A DNA stretch of 64,000 bases from Macrostomum lignano (lineage: Eukaryota): NCBI GenBank assembly GCA_002269645.1, contig NIVC01000095.1, positions 1 through 64,000 of the forward strand. Reading direction: 5' to 3'. Made by a program: the position numbers and the translations under genes. Positions 17,434 to 32,740 of the stretch are shown here, in pieces. The notes under the pieces are model-generated. The model was not told the origin of the DNA, made no database searches, and saw nothing but the letters and a program-made list of their open reading frames with translations. Numbering within the stretch: position 1 is the stretch's first letter; every line of letters starts with the position of its first letter.

Positions 17434-17768
17434 TCTGCCGAAAAAACTGCCTACTGATGAAGTGTGACGGAGGTCCCGAGCTCGATTCCCCATATGCTGT
17501 TGCAAGAGACTTAGGCATATTTTCTCATAAGCATATTTGCATGATATCTAGGCACAATATATTTTATAGCATTATCTTACAGAAGAGCAATTGTTCAGAA
17601 AAAAACCATAGCTAGCAAATACAAATTGGCCGGCCAGTCATCTTTCTCAGCATCCAATTTATATTCATGAATGAACTTTATCCTGCTTCGCAGAAAGTGA
17701 GAGAAAAAGTTAAAATCTTGTCAAATTCGTGACCAAAAATAAGGTCAAAGAAAAGCAGACGAGATTAC

Positions 17769-17822
17769 CTTGCTGGCGAAATAAGTGTTCAGTTTAGGGC
17801 AAGGACAAGAACAGAAAATAAA
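17769..17822 (-). CDS. Candidate 54-nt internal exon (FIFCSCPCPKLNTYFASK) of an unidentified gene
   Basis: Acceptor TTTTGCTTTCTTTATAG and donor AAG|GTAATC. Length divisible by 3 and open in only one frame. No homology recognised. Confidence 0.3.
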
Positions 17823-17937
17823 CTATAAAGAAAGCAAAACTCTAGAAACTTTTAAGTAAAAAAAATCAGCAAACTTGAGTTGCTAAAGTTACGTAGATTC
17901 TTTCGAATAGGTCCAACTGGTCCTGTTGATATATGAA

Positions 17938-18350
17938 GTTCTATGGTTGGTGACAGTCTATGGTTGGTGACAGTCTATGGTTGGTGACAATCTATGGTTG
18001 GTGACAGTCTATGGTTGGTGAAAGTCTATGGTTGGTTGGTTGGTGACAATCTATGGTTGGTGACAATCTATGGTTGGTGACAATCTATGGTTGGTGACAA
18101 TCTATGGTTGGTGACAGTCTATGGTTGGTGACAGTCTATGGTTGGTGACAGTCTATGGTTGGTGACAGTCTATGGTTGGTGACAGTCTATGGTTGGTGAC
18201 AGTCTATGGTTGGCGACAGTCTATGGTTGGTGACAGTCTATGGTTGGTGACAGTCTATGGTTGTGTGACAGTCTATGGTTGGCGACAGTCTATGGTTGGC
18301 GACAGTCTATGGTTGGCGACAGTCTATGGTTGGTGACAGTCTATGGTTGG
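17938..18350. repeat. 17-bp minisatellite TCTATGGTTGGTGACAG
   Basis: ATGG-led unit recurs at 18121 and 18138. Confidence 0.95.
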
Positions 18351-19062
18351 TGAAACCCCTCTATCAGCTTCGGTTCAATCCGAGTATCCCTGCCCAGATT
18401 CTATGGGCTCGCCAAGGTGGTAACTTAGCACTCCAGGCTGTTGCCGATCGGAAGCAGCAAGGCGGCGGCAGTGAAACTGAAGATTCGCAGGACGAAGAAG
18501 ACTGGAGAAAAAAAGCAGGCGAGAGAAAAATATCCCGATTCAAGAACGCCAGACAGCTTCAAAAAGTAGCAACATAGGCAAGCAAGACCTTAGAAATGCG
18601 ATCAGGCAGCCAAAGCAGCTATGCTTTCTAAATAAGGATTCTTTTCCTCTTGTGCACAGGGCATGCAGCAAGCAACCGTCGGAGAGGCAGGCGTCTGCGC
18701 AAGGAGGCGGTTTAAAATCCAGTTAGCAAACAGGAATTCAACCTGTGCTGGGCAGTCATTGTGATTTTTTCTTAACCTTAGTGATTCCGAATTTTAACCA
18801 ATTATTAATTTTTGTTGTGTGTGCCTGTGAAATATGTGATATGAAACTGTAAAAAATAATCATATATCTAATGGCGTAATAGACTTATATTCGTTTTTAT
18901 AAATGCTTTCGAGTTAAAAATTTCTAGTATATAATAAAGTATAACAAATATTATATTTCTAATTTATATCTTGCATCATCAAGCATCTACGCTCGTATCT
19001 AAGGAAACTATCTAAGCTTCTATCTATACATATATATGCATCTATCGATAATTTTGTTACTC

Positions 19063-19132
<70 letters not shown>

Positions 19133-19305
19133 GTATGCATCTACCTACTCAATACTAAAGCACAGCCAGTAAAGTTTTCTCTAATTAATCATAGCGCAGA
19201 AAGCCAGGAAGGAATAATATTTTGTTTACGCCTGTTTAGTCCGACTTATCTAGTATTAGCAAAACACAACCAGCAACCCCCACGACCAAAAAACCTCGCG
19301 AGTTT

Positions 19306-20096
<791 letters not shown>

Positions 20097-20814
20097 CGCA
20101 GCAGTGTTAGCTAGTTTATCCCTGACGCATCCAGTGATGAGGCACAGAAGCTGAGCTTCGCATGACGAACTGCAATTAATCAATGGTGAATTCGTTATGA
20201 AATGCAATAATTCAATCAAGAGACAACATCATTTTTAAAAACGCAATGACTGGCTTGACTTTTTTAATATCATTTTTTCTATCGCGAAAATAACTAACAC
20301 ACAGAGCAATTGGAGCACAGCGGAGAGCAAAGGCTCCAGCAGTTACGTAACAAAGTAGGAGATCCCACTGCGAGAGTGCTTGAGCTTGGGGTCAATTCAA
20401 CTCTCCAGACACACAAATGGAGAGTGGCAATGGGGTTGAGGAGGAGAAATGCATTTATAAGCTCAACTGAGTGCCAGGGGAAGACAGAGAGATAGAGGAT
20501 AGCCTACTAGAAAACTGACATTAAAGCGATGCAAAGGCCGCGTGCGGGAGAGGGGAACGGAGACAGGGGAAAGCTCAGAGCCTACCCTGGTGATGACATT
20601 TGCCGCTTTGAGTTGAGAAATAAAAAATAATAAATTTAATTTTTCCAATCCAATTCATTGGGGCCTGGGGGGAGGAGAGCGAGTGGCTCATTTGCCGAAT
20701 TACCGGGTCACTACTGCGGTTAGCTGGCGAATGAAGCACTCTGGCGAGAGAGAGAAATGCGATTTTATACCGGAGGATAGGAGTAATGAGATAGTGTGTG
20801 TACATGACGCCACG

Positions 20815-21145
20815 AGTGAGTTCATGATTCATGAGTTCATTAGTTTGTTCATGAGTGAGTTCATGAGTTCATTAGTTTGTTCATGAGTGAGTTCATGAGT
20901 TCATTAGTTTGTTCATGAGTGAGTTCATGAGTTCATTAGTTTGTTCATGAGTGAGTTTATCAGTTCATTAGTTTGTTCATGAGTGAGTCCATGATTTCAT
21001 TAGTTTGTTCATGAGTGAGTTCATGAGTGAGTCCATGATTCATGAGTTCATTAGTTTGTTCATGAGTGAGTTAATGATTTCATTAGTTTGTTCATGAGTG
21101 AGTTCATGATTTCATTAGTTTGTTCATGAGTGAGTTCATGAGTCA
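20815..21145. repeat. Minisatellite, ~32-bp unit built from TTCATGAG subunits
   Basis: TCATGAGTGAGT recurs at 20881 and 20913, with shorter variant units. Confidence 0.9.
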
Positions 21146-22129
21146 GTTCGTAAACAAGTGCATGAACAAATTCATGATTATAAGAGTTCATAAGCGCGAT
21201 ATCATGAGCAAAAATTAAGAGACCAGCGTATGTGCAAGCAACCCCCCCCCACAGAGCAGCACCCAGCAGCATAGCGACAACAGATGTGAGCAATCCTTAG
21301 CGAAATCAATTTCAGTCCAAGAGACCGGAACCAAGCTATAAAAAGTACGGCCCGGGGCAGCGCAGTATTTATTTATAGGCTAGCTAAAACTAACTGCAAA
21401 GGAGGAGTGTCGAAATTAACACACAGAGCTTTCTCACGCTTTGAAGAATTCCAAAAAATATATAATAACACTTTGTATACAGTTCGCGATCTTGTCACAG
21501 GCCGAAAACAGACTCCCCAGCCCCACAAAAATTAGCTTATAGGCCTGTACAAGACCTGAATAGAGGTTGGACTAGCTAGCTGTCTGCTCCGTTAACTTTC
21601 TCGTCTTCTTCCGTGTCTCTGCAACCACTACCAGCCAACCAGCCAAGCCAACCAGCCAAGCCAGGCAAACATTTTTATGCGGAATTTTGTTTTGTACTCG
21701 TATTTTAAGCCCAACAGCCCTTACATCAGCTCAGATCCGTTCCCATTAGGACTGGAAAGACCGCAGCCCTCAGGGGGTAGCCGCAACCCATCACCTCAGC
21801 ACTCTCGCCCCCTTCATCTGATGCCAGAGAGATAGCAGATCCAAACTTATTTAAATTTCTTCCCGAGCGCCAGTCCAAACCGCAACCCCCCCCCCCTACG
21901 ATTCCTTCACTTTCCTACACTGCCTACCAATGCAATTATGAATTCTGCTACAAAAAACAGCAAAAAACTTTTTCCCGAAGAGAAAATATCTTTTCTGCTT
22001 TGACTGGTGCTGTTGATGTTTCTTGCTGATATTATTGATTAGCGGAACTTGTGCTGCATTTATTAGAAACTGATTAATCAAGAATGGAAAGGAGAGAGGG
22101 GTCAGAGAAATAGAGGCAAGTAGAAAAAG

Positions 22130-22700
22130 GGTGAGAGTAATGCAGACAGAAGAAGAGAGGGGTGAGAGTAAAAGAGACGCAGGAGATGAGAGAGAGTGAG
22201 TGATAGAAATATAAGAGATGAGAGGGTGAGATTAATGGAGAGATAGGAGATAAGAGAGGTTCAGAGAAATGGAGAGATAGATGAGAGAGGGTGAGAGTAA
22301 TGGTGAGATAGGAGACGAGAAAGGGTGAGAGTAATGGAGAGATAGGAGATGAGAGAGGGTGAGAGTAATGGTGAGATAGGAGATGAGAGAGGGTGAGAGT
22401 AATGGTGAGATAGGAGACGAGAGAGGGTGAGAGTAATGGAGAGATAGGAGATAAGAGAGGTTGAGAGTAATGGAGAGATAGATGAGAGAGGGTGAGAGTA
22501 ATGGTGAGATAGGAGACGAGAGAGGGTGAGAGTAATGGAGAGATAGGAGATGAGAGAGGGTGAGAGTAATGGTGAGATAGGAGACGAGAGAGGGTGAGAG
22601 TAATGGAGAGATAGGAGACTCGAGAAGTTGGGAGCAATGGAGACGCGAGAAGTTGAGAGTAATGGAGACAGGTAGACGAGAGAGGGTGAGTATGGGAGAA
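22130..22700. repeat. 34-bp GA-rich minisatellite (ATGGTGAGATAGGAGACGAGAGAGGGTGAGAGTA)
   Basis: Unit recurs at 22501 and 22535. Confidence 0.92.
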
Positions 22701-23689
22701 AATATAAAAAGAATAGTGAGACTACTCAAGAGAAATATCGAACACAGAAGCGAAATGGTCACTGTGTACACCTGAAACTTGTAATTCTAACTAACGTTCT
22801 ACATAAGGCTGTCACACGCTGTCACTCTTAAAAGAGCACTTTTCCACAAACTTCCAAGCAAAAAATGAACATTTATGGACTAGATTAGTCAACAAGAAGT
22901 CCCTCTCAGGAAAAAATAAGCCCCAGAAACTAATGAAAATCGTCTGCGATGGAAAATGGAATTCACAATTTGAAGGAAATGAAGGTGACGGACTGACGTG
23001 ACTCGGAGGACAGGCAAATAAACCTCCAGGGTGCTAATTGACTCCAGGTGCTTGTTAATTGGTTCATTCTTTCTCTTCTATTCAAGAAATAAGTCACGAA
23101 TCGCTGCTCCACTGATGGACAGGGGCATGCAGTTCCGCGTTCAAAAAAGAATTCCTATATTCATTGTTTGACTTCCTGATTTGAGTTATAATCACACAAT
23201 AATAATATTTCAATAGACCTGGAATCACGAAATCGACAATCCAGATATACGGATGGTCGATTTGTGATTCTAAAAAATCGCAGCGCTTTTTTCAGTCAGA
23301 GCGGGTTTCTGTGAGCGGAAATTAAAGTTTTATATGAGAAATAAGTCAGAAATTGGGTGATGGAGGAAGACAAACAGAGATATGGGAGTGGGATTGCCAG
23401 TTATAGGCCTATGACTATATAGCAACCAATGATTCTAGTGCACGAAGATCACTTAATTCAAATTACATTTATTAGTTATCTTTACAAAATTTGCTAAGAT
23501 TATAGAAAAAAGGTGACTGCTTAATCATAGTTTATTCTGTTAATTTATATTTCCAAATTTTCACTTATAAAGTTGAACTGCGTCTGAGGTGAAGTGAAGA
23601 GTTGAAAATCGAGGCAGTGAATAGTAACTTGAGAGAAAATTTCGATAGTCAGAAGAAATAGTCAGAGAAGTAACTCAGGGAATCAGAGA

Positions 23690-24190
23690 GGTCAAAAAGA
23701 GTCAGAAAAAGTCAGGTATTCAATCAAAAAGAGTCAGAAAGAGTCAGATGCAGTCAGAGGGAGTTAGATAGTCAGAGAGAGTCAGATACAGTCAGAGAGA
23801 GTCAGACACTGTCAGAGAGTCAGAGAGAGTCAGAGAGAGTCAGAGAGAGTCAGAGAGTCAAAGAGAGTCAGAGAGAGTCAGAGAGAGTCAGAGAGAGTCA
23901 GAGAGAGTCAGAGAGTCAAAGAGAGTCAGAGAGAGTCAGAGAATCAAAGAGAGTCAGAGAGAGTCAGAGAGAGTCAGTTACAGTCAGAGAGAGAGTCAGA
24001 GAGTCAGAGGGAGTCAGTTACAGTCAGAGAGAGTCAGTTACAGTCACAGAGTCAGGTATAGTCACAGAGTCAGGTATAGTCAGAGAGAGTCATAGAGATA
24101 GAGTCAAACACAGTGAGAGAGTCAGATACAGTCAGAGTCAAAACGAGTCAAAAAGAGTCATATAAAATGAGAGTCAGTGACTCAGAGAGT
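23690..24190. repeat. Degenerate 10-bp repeat AGTCAGAGAG
   Basis: Direct tandem copies in the core with decayed edges. Confidence 0.9.
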
Positions 24191-24894
24191 CAGAAATTCA
24201 TAAGAACTGTATAATGATTTGGAAATAAAAGTACAGTTGGGGGTCGAGTCATTTACTGAGATATCTACTCATTCCGAAACCTTCCTCTTCCACCTTAGCT
24301 TGTTAGTTAATCAATCCAGACGAGAAATTTAAATTTTCCTAGAATATTTCAAAAATTTGCCAAGGCAAAACTGTACAAAAGAGAGAGAGAGAGAGTTAAG
24401 TCGGACTTCTTAACGCGAGAATTTAATACTCAACTCAACTAAGCCAGCCAAAGCCTCGTAATTCACGAGTTGAAGCCACATCAAAATCCTCAGGGAGGCT
24501 GCGGCGGCAGCTGTACAACAAGAAGACAGAAGACGGGAAAACTTAATCAACGATGGGGCACGCGGTTGGGGATTTTCTATAGATAAGAGAAAAGAAGGGG
24601 CTAAATAGGATGAGGAAACGGGGAGAAAGGGGAAATTTTTCGCAGAATCCCTAGACAGGTCAGCAACCCTGCTCGACATTCTGGGCAATAAGATTTACCT
24701 TCTTGTCGACTTTGCCCATCAGGGAAGGAGAGAAAAAAATCCCCTATCTCTCACGAAATGCAGCCTAACGATACGGGCCTTCATTTTTTTAAGTCTCCAA
24801 TTTTGTTCCCACGTATTATTAAATTTCGCTTTTCTCTGGATTTTTTCCTATATATTTACATTGCCAAAGCAAAAAAATGAGAAGCTATTTAAAT

Positions 24895-25695
24895 AAGCAT
24901 AGACAGACAGGCATAGATGGATAAGCATGGATGGATAAGCATAGATGGATAAGCATAGATGGATAAGCACGGACCGATAAGCATAGATGGATAAGCTCAG
25001 ACCGATAAGCATCGATGGATAAGCATAGACAGACAGGCATAGATGGATAAGCACAGACCGATAAGATAAGCATAGATGGATAAGCATAGACAGACAGGCA
25101 TAGATGGATAAGCACAGACCGATAAGATAAGCATAGATGGATAAGCATAGACAGACAGGCATAGATGGATAAGCACAGACCGATAAGATAAGCATAGATG
25201 GATAAGCATAGACAGACAGGCATAGATGGATAAGCACAGACCGATAAGATAAGCATAGATGGATAAGCATAGACAGACAGGCATAGATGGATAAGCATAG
25301 ACAGACAGGCATAGATGGATAAGCACAGACCGATAAGATAAGCATAGATGGATAAGCATAGACAGACAGGCATAGATGGATAAGCACAGACCGATAAGAT
25401 AAGCATAGATGGATAAGCATAGACAGACAGGCATAGATGGATAAGCACAGACCGATAAGATAAGCATAGATGGATAAGCAGAGACCGATAAGCATAGATG
25501 GATAAGCAGAGACCGATAAGCATAGATGGAAAAGCAGAGACCGATAAGCATAGACGGATAAGCACAGACCGATAAGCATAGATTGATAAGCACAGACCGA
25601 TAAGCACAGATGGATAAGCACAGATAGATAAGGATGGATGGATAAGCACAGATAGATAAGGATAGATGGATAAGCACAGACAGACAGGCATAGAT
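24895..25695. repeat. Minisatellite of ~14-bp AGCATAGATGGATA-type subunits with a 61-bp higher-order period
   Basis: AAGCATAGACAGACAGGC recurs at 25021 and 25082. Confidence 0.92.
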
Positions 25696-26319
25696 GGGTC
25701 ACTGTAAAATCCTATCGGTCAAATAATTCGAATCCTTGCACCGACACAGGTAAGGCAGGCCTCAGTTCTTAATTATGCAAGCTCGTTTCAAATGACCAAC
25801 AGCCAAGCGCAATTTTTAATTATTGCCAAGACGCAGTCAACCGTTGGCATTGAAATAGCCAGTCTAGCATCAACTCAACGAGACAAAGACCTTTATAGGA
25901 ACAGGGTATACAGGCATAGAACAAAGACAGACAGAGCCCTCGAGAGAGAGAGAGTGAGCGACAGAGAATGAACAAGTAAATTAGAAATCTATATTTAATT
26001 ACCTTAAAACTGGGGAAACCAGGCAGGTGGACACGCGCACAAGATGGCCGCCTGGGTGACGATATTCAAATTAGACACATTGGATCGCACGCGACCCAAT
26101 ATTACCGTTCAAGAAATTGAATTGAATACTTGTACGTACTGAACTGGGGAAGTTCTTATAGGAATTGGGCACTGAACCATTGACAGGGTGCACAAAGACT
26201 GAGACCAGCAAACAGATAGAAAAGAGAGAGAGAAAGGCGAAATAAAAGAAAAGCAACTTTGGTATCATTCTAAATATCATTCTAAAGAAATCATTTAGGA
26301 ATCATTTTTGTGGACGTAA

Positions 26320-27000
26320 TGATTTTTCCATTTGGTTAGAAATTAAATCCGATTAAGGGATAATTTCAAGATTCCCACCTAGGGACAATTCCCGGAATCC
26401 TAATTAGGGATAACTCATAGAATCCTATTCAGGGATAACTCATAGAATCCTATTTAGGGATAACTCATAGAATCCTATTCAGGGATAACTCAGAATCCTA
26501 TTTAGGGATAATTCCCAAAATCCTATTTATTTAGAGATAACTCCTACAATCCTTTTTAGGAATAATTCCCGGAATCTTATTTAGGAAAAATTCCCAAAAT
26601 ACTGTTTATGGATAATTCACAGAATCTGATGTGGGGACCATTCCCATAATCCCGTTTGGGGATAATAAAAACTCCTAGAATCCCACTTAAGAATCATTCC
26701 AAGAATCCTGCTTAGGGAATATTCTAAAAAAACTGATTTATGAATAATTTTTGGGACTTAAGGATCTTTTTATTTGGTTAGGAATTAAATCCGATTTAGG
26801 GATCATTCTAAGATTCCCACTTAGAGATAATTCTCAGAATCCAGTTTAGGGATAATTCCCAGAATCCAGTTTAGGGATGATTCCCAGAATCCAGTTTAGG
26901 GATAATTCCCAGAATCCAGTTTAGGGATGATTCCCAGAATCCAGTTTAGGGATGATTCCCAGAATGCAGTTTTGGGATATTTCCCGAAATCCCATTTTAG
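26320..27000. repeat. Degenerate ~25-bp repeat (GGGATAATTCCCAGAATCCAGTTTA) region
   Basis: Clean copies at 26830-26970, decayed copies upstream, and a duplicated lead-in TTTGGTTAG(A/G)AATTAAATCCGAT near 26330 and 26770. Confidence 0.8.
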
Positions 27001-28206
27001 AACCATTTCAAGAATCCCATTTATAAATAACCAAGGTTAGAAACGAGAAATATTTACACATATCTATTCAGTGTATACTCGTAATAATAAGAGAAGACTC
27101 CATTAAGTTCATTGATAAAGATTACACAATCTACTTTCTAATACAATAAAATAAAATGGACACCCCATTGTTGACAAAGACAATACAAGCTACGCAACAA
27201 CAAGGATTAGTATTCAGATTAGCAGACAGACAGCAGGCAGATAGCAGGAGCAGCAAGCATGACTAATAGCTACTCATCTGAGAGGCTAAGTGGAACAGGG
27301 TCTTCTTCAATGCATGCAGATCAGGTGGGCTTGCACACGTGTGTATAGACGCGCGAGCATGTCTACATGCTTGTGTGCTCAAGAGGGTGCCGCATGGCTG
27401 GTTGAGGCGGTTTCGGGGAGAGAAGCCTCCACCTTACTGACACCTGTCCCCACCCCAGTGTGTTCGGATAGCCCCGTTCTATTTCACTGCCTCCAAGGCC
27501 GGGTCTCTCAGACAAGAAGACAATATAAGAACGGTGAAGAAAATGTCGACGATTCCCCGTATTTACACCTATTGGTCCGGCCGAGCGTGAGAAATAATAA
27601 ACAGGCATCGATAATCAGTCCTCATGCCGATGGGAACTTCTCATTTTTCAAGACAAGATTATCATAAAAATCCGTTTATGACAGAGTCTCGCTGTGTGTA
27701 AATTGAAAAACTGCAGCCAACCTTGTATTATCTTGAAAATAAAGATTTGGAGAATAGTTGCAACTTCACAACTCTTTGCGCGGCTTTCTGTAATCCACGA
27801 TGGAGGCTGGCGCAATAATGATGTAATAAGTCGGATTTCTTTATCCTCTCATCTTCTCTCTCTGAGTTTCAATTCATACATTGCATTCACACCTGGCCGT
27901 CGAAATATGCATAAATACGCTCGTATATATGCGGGCTCAGAGCCGTGAGCTGTGAATAATAGATGAAGCGCCATCAAATACATAGACAGGTGAGCAGCAA
28001 TATTCCGGCAGCCACGTGCTCAGACAGATGAAAAAAGGTGCGATGGATTAACGCTGCGGCGCCGGTAAAAGCTGTCATCAGAATATCTGAATTTAATGCC
28101 TACCCTGACGTCATACCGTCGATGGCTGATTGTTATATAGACATTTATTGATAGTTTTTCTGCAGTCGTAGTTCAATAGTGATTGAATGAGTGACTGCAT
28201 TGGATG

Positions 28207-28436
<230 letters not shown>

Positions 28437-28440
28437 TCAC

Positions 28441-28485
28441 TATTTCGAATCGAATACCGAATTCGTGAGCTGTCGCGACAGTCAG
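28441..28485 (-). CDS. Candidate 45-nt exon ([15 protein letters not shown] or alternative frame) of an unidentified gene
   Basis: Acceptor CTCGTTTGCACAG and consensus donor GTGAGT followed by (TCTG)n. Length divisible by 3. Confidence 0.3.
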
Positions 28486-29239
28486 CTGTGCAAACGAGAC
28501 GGCAGGATCGAGCAGAGCTCACCCCCTGAGTGACTCACAGCCCCCAGCACAAAAAAATTCTGAGACTTTGAAGGAGAGTAGGGTGGATGTGACACAGAGA
28601 GGGAAGAGAGACCTACAGACAGACAGACAGATAGGTGGCAGACCAGCATAGACAGTCGCAGTCATTAATATCAAAGCGGAGTCCATAAGGTGACGTGTTG
28701 CAACGATGGATAGAGAGAAGGGTCAGAGAAGAAGGCGCCTCTGGGATCGCCTCCTGCAGAAGCAGAAAGACTCGAGCAGAAGATCCCAATTCCTCTTCCT
28801 ACTTTGCCTTGTTTCCTCAATTTTCTCGTCTCATTTTCGGTCACTATACAGCGCACAAAGAGAATTAGGATTGATGCTCAATGTGGCAGGATTAAGACAG
28901 GCCCTAATCCTGTAGACTAGATACGTTGGGATAACTCCATGTTGCTACATATCCATTTCGGCCTGCTCCCGCCCCCATAATTCTCCCAGATCAGGCTAGG
29001 GAGGATCTGTCTCAAGCGCCAGCCGGGATGGTCTCTGTAATTATTATTACACCTGACACTGTGCGAACAATGATTGCGTCATCGATTCTATCTATAGATA
29101 GAAGAGGATATATTCTTCAGAGATACCAATACTTAGGCAGGCATAGTTATTTACAGACAAGAACCCGAACGCCTAAATGAGCAAGTGAAGGCCAAGGAAG
29201 ACCTAAATTTTACATTGCCTAAACAGATTTAAGCATCTA

Positions 29240-29790
29240 CTTTCCTAAAAAAGACCTAAAGTTTCATAAGATCTAAACTTCACAAGACCTAAGTTTTATA
29301 AGAACTAAGTTTTATAAGACCTAAACTGTACAAGACCTAAACTTAATAAGACCTTAACTTCGTAAGGCCTAAACTTCACAACACCTAAACTATAAGACTC
29401 AAATTTCACAAGACCTAAACTTCCCAAGAACTAAATTATCAAACTAAAAATTCACAAGATCTGAACTTCCCAAGACTTAAACTATAAGATCTAAACTTAA
29501 TAAGACCTAAACTTTATAAGACCTAAACTTCAGGACCTAAACTTCAGGACCTAAACTTCAAAAGATCTAAACTTTCCAAGACCTAAACTTAACAAGATCC
29601 AAACTTCATAAGACCTAAACTATAAGACCTAAACTTCATAAGACCTAAACTTCATAAGACCTAAACTTCTTAAGACCTAAACTATAAGACCTAAACTTCA
29701 TAAGACCTAAACTATAAGACCTTCACATGAGAACTATAAGAACTATAAGAATAAACTATAAGAACTTCACAACACTTAAACTTCATAGGA
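29240..29790. repeat. Degenerate ~16-bp repeat AAGACCTAAACTTCAT
   Basis: Direct tandem copies. Confidence 0.88.
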
Positions 29791-30769
29791 CCTAGAGTTC
29801 ACATAGACTAAAAATTTTTAATGTAGCGCTAATGCTTTCACCATTAACGGAAGTTAAGACTTCCATTAACGATGCGCAACACTGGTGCAGTGTAAAAATT
29901 TTAGGCGATGTGAATTTAGACCTCATCAACCCCCCCCCCATCCCATAAGCAGACTCGCACAGGGCTGTTTTACACATTTTATGTAATCTAATTAATACAG
30001 TGCAATCGGGCAACACTGAACTGCTTTTCTCCAATTATAAGCATGCTAATAGCTAACACAGATAACATACAAACTGAGCACATTGCCCATTTTCTAGTCT
30101 AGCTCTTGTCTAAATGGCCCTATACAGCTTATAAGGCTACATAATATGCAGCACAATCTCGACCTTCTCTCTCTCTCTCTCTCGCAAAACTTCTCTTACA
30201 AACAGCAGGGCGCGTAGGTGGGTTGTCCATATTTGACAGACATGCTCAATATTGCAACGCAAGCCCTACTCCAGCAACTACAATCTTTTGTGTACATATT
30301 AATGCATATATATATATAAAATATATGCTGCCCAGAGAGCACACAAGTGGATTTAAATGGTCGGCTCTGTTTGGGGTCAAAATCTCCGACTGTGTGCGCG
30401 AAGATGGAAAGCAGAGACTCTGCACTGGAAAAACTTCAAAAAGACAGTCGGGTGGACGGGCAGAGACAGTGGACGGGGAGCAAGCATAATACAGACAAAA
30501 TCTCTAGCTGAGCACTGTAAAATGAGTGACTGCCTACACACAGGGAAAAAGGCAATGAAGACACATGCAGGCAAAATGAGACATACAAAATAAAATTATA
30601 AAAAATAACTAACGTACAAAATATTGGCAATAAGATTGGTAAAGTAGATCCCACAATATAGTTGGCAATAAGATTAGTAACTGAGGTAGCAAATTTGAAT
30701 TACATAATTATCAGCTTGTCCGCAATAATAATGATACAATAATTGATTACACATTCTCTAATGGCCAGA

Positions 30770-30990
30770 TGTGCAAACAACAGCATCTGAAGGCTGCGTA
30801 CGGCTGATCAGTCCAAGGACTGGAGGGGAAGGGAGTTGCCATACACCCTTAATTATCCCAGCTAATGCTGGTACCTATAGCAGAGTTAATTGTCTTGCTT
30901 AAGAACACCAATTGTTCCAGTGGGACCGGGAATCGAACCCCCGACCTTCAAGTCGTGAGTCCGACGCTCTAACCACTAAACCAGAACCCC
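30770..30990 (-). mobile_element. tRNA-derived SINE, copy 1
   Basis: Minus-strand head with Pol III A box TGGTTTAGTGG (30983-30973) and B box GGTTCGATTCC (30939-30929). Anticodon stem does not pair. Body ATCTGAAGGCTGCGTACGGCTGATCAGTCCAAGGACTGG is shared with 53148+. Confidence 0.8.
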
Positions 30991-31604
30991 TTAGTCTTGC
31001 CTACAAACCACTCCAAAATAACTGAATTTTCTCTTTTCAAATCTCTCCACAGAAAACGGCTTGCAAAAAAAATTATTTTTGAATTGTCAATCACGCAAGT
31101 TTAACGCGAATGATAGACAGCAAGTTGGACAGACAGAGAGAGACAGAGTGGAGCGCCCGGACCCCACCATTACTCAAGACGTACCATAGAATTAAACTCG
31201 CCCCCAAACCGTACGATTTGAAAAAAATATTGGGGAGGGGCGCTGCGAGGGACAGGTTAGGCGGACACCGACCGCCAACTGCTGCTCAGGAAGAGACTAC
31301 CCTCTGAGCAGTTTAACATATTAGAAGAGAAATTGACAGGATCAAGTGGCCGAAACGGATTCATAAGTATTGCTTTATGGTTCATGGTTTGTATTGTATA
31401 TAAGATTATTGTATAACTTGGTTTTTGCTCTGTTACAAAACAGAGGCTATGACGCTATGGCCTATGGCTTTAACATACGGGCAAATATCCATTGTTTAGT
31501 TATGACGGTTTCTTTATGTGCGACATGAAATCTTAAATATACATATTTGAATTATGATACACTCGTGTATTAACATTTTTGAAGGATTGGGGTATTGTGG
31601 CAAC

Positions 31605-32235
31605 CATTCCTGAAGGATTGGGGATATAGCGGTACCCCTTCTGAAGTTCCTGAAGGATCGCAGGTACAGTGGCAAATCCTTCCTGAAGTTCCTGAAGGAT
31701 TGGGGGTACAGTGGGAACCCCACCTGAAGTTCCTGAAGGATCGGAGGTATAGTGACAACCCCTCCTGAAGCTCCTGAAGGATCGGAGGTATAGTGACAAC
31801 CCCTCCTGAAGCTCCTGAAGGATCGGAGGTATAGTGACAACCCCTCCTGAAGCTCCTGAAGGATCGGAGGTATAGTGACAACCACTCCTGAAGTTCCTGA
31901 AGGATCGGAGGTATAGTGACAACCCCTCCTGAAGCTCCTGAAGGATCGGAGGTATAGTGACAACCCCTCCTGAAGCTCCTGAAGGATCGGAGGTATAGTG
32001 ACAACCCCTCCTGAAGCTCCTGAAGGATCGGAGGTATAGTGACAACCACTCCTGAAGTTCCTGAAGGATCGGAGGTATAGTGACAACCCCTCCTGAAGCT
32101 CCTGAAGGATCGGAGGTAAAGTGACAACCCCTCTTGAAGCTCCTGAAGGATCGGAGGTATAGTGACAACCCCTCTTGAAGCTCCTGAAGGATCGGAGGTA
32201 AAGTGGCAACCCCTCCTGAAGGATCGGAGGTAAAG
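31605..32235. repeat. 41-bp minisatellite (CCTCCTGAAGCTCCTGAAGGATCGGAGGTATAGTGACAACC)
   Basis: TCGGAGG recurs at 31741 and 31782. The same peptide appears in all three minus frames, as expected for a non-triplet period. Confidence 0.95.
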
Positions 32236-32712
32236 TGCCATCTTAGTGTCTTTGAAGCAGCAAATATCGATATTATCTACCCTAAAGATAATTTAAGCTG
32301 CACATAACACACTAAACAGACCGACACAGACAGACACAAATACAGAGCTACTTAATTTTAAAGGAAGACAGTTAAACTTTGCGATAAGCGACTATTAAAA
32401 CCAAGCAAAGATAAAAAACAGTTGACGAAACAGGGCAAGCAGACAAATCTAAGAACTCACCCAAGGAGCGCAGAATTTTAAGGCGCTAAAACTCGGCGGT
32501 ATAAAAGCTCGAATTTAAACCAGTTATGTGTGAGAGAGAGAGAGACAGCACAGAGCGAGCAACAATGTGATAATTGCAACAGGCAAATCTATTAAGCACT
32601 GGTTGCTGACACCAAACTGCAATTAGCAGAAGTCGAATGCGCGGTTAAAAAAATTCGCGAGACAGCGCGCACGAATATGAAGAGTTTCTCCCTCCAATTG
32701 CCAGCTGGCTTC

Positions 32713-32740
32713 CTATTGGCTGAGAGAAGCCAGCCAATAG
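32713..32740. promoter_or_regulatory. Paired inverted CCAAT boxes in a CpG-containing patch (putative promoter)
   Basis: CTATTGGCTG (32713-32722) and CAGCCAATAG (32731-32740) form a perfect 10-bp inverted repeat. Confidence 0.35.

Noticed and set aside
28441-28485. P2X receptor (YGIRFDI) or metalloprotease (HEFGH) similarity of HEFGIRFEI
   Set aside because: Only ~7 residues match, the second His of HExxH is missing, and no other P2X motifs were found in the expected order.
30918-30990. Functional tRNA gene
   Set aside because: A and B boxes are present but the anticodon and acceptor stems do not pair, and it continues into a body shared with a second copy, so it is a SINE head.
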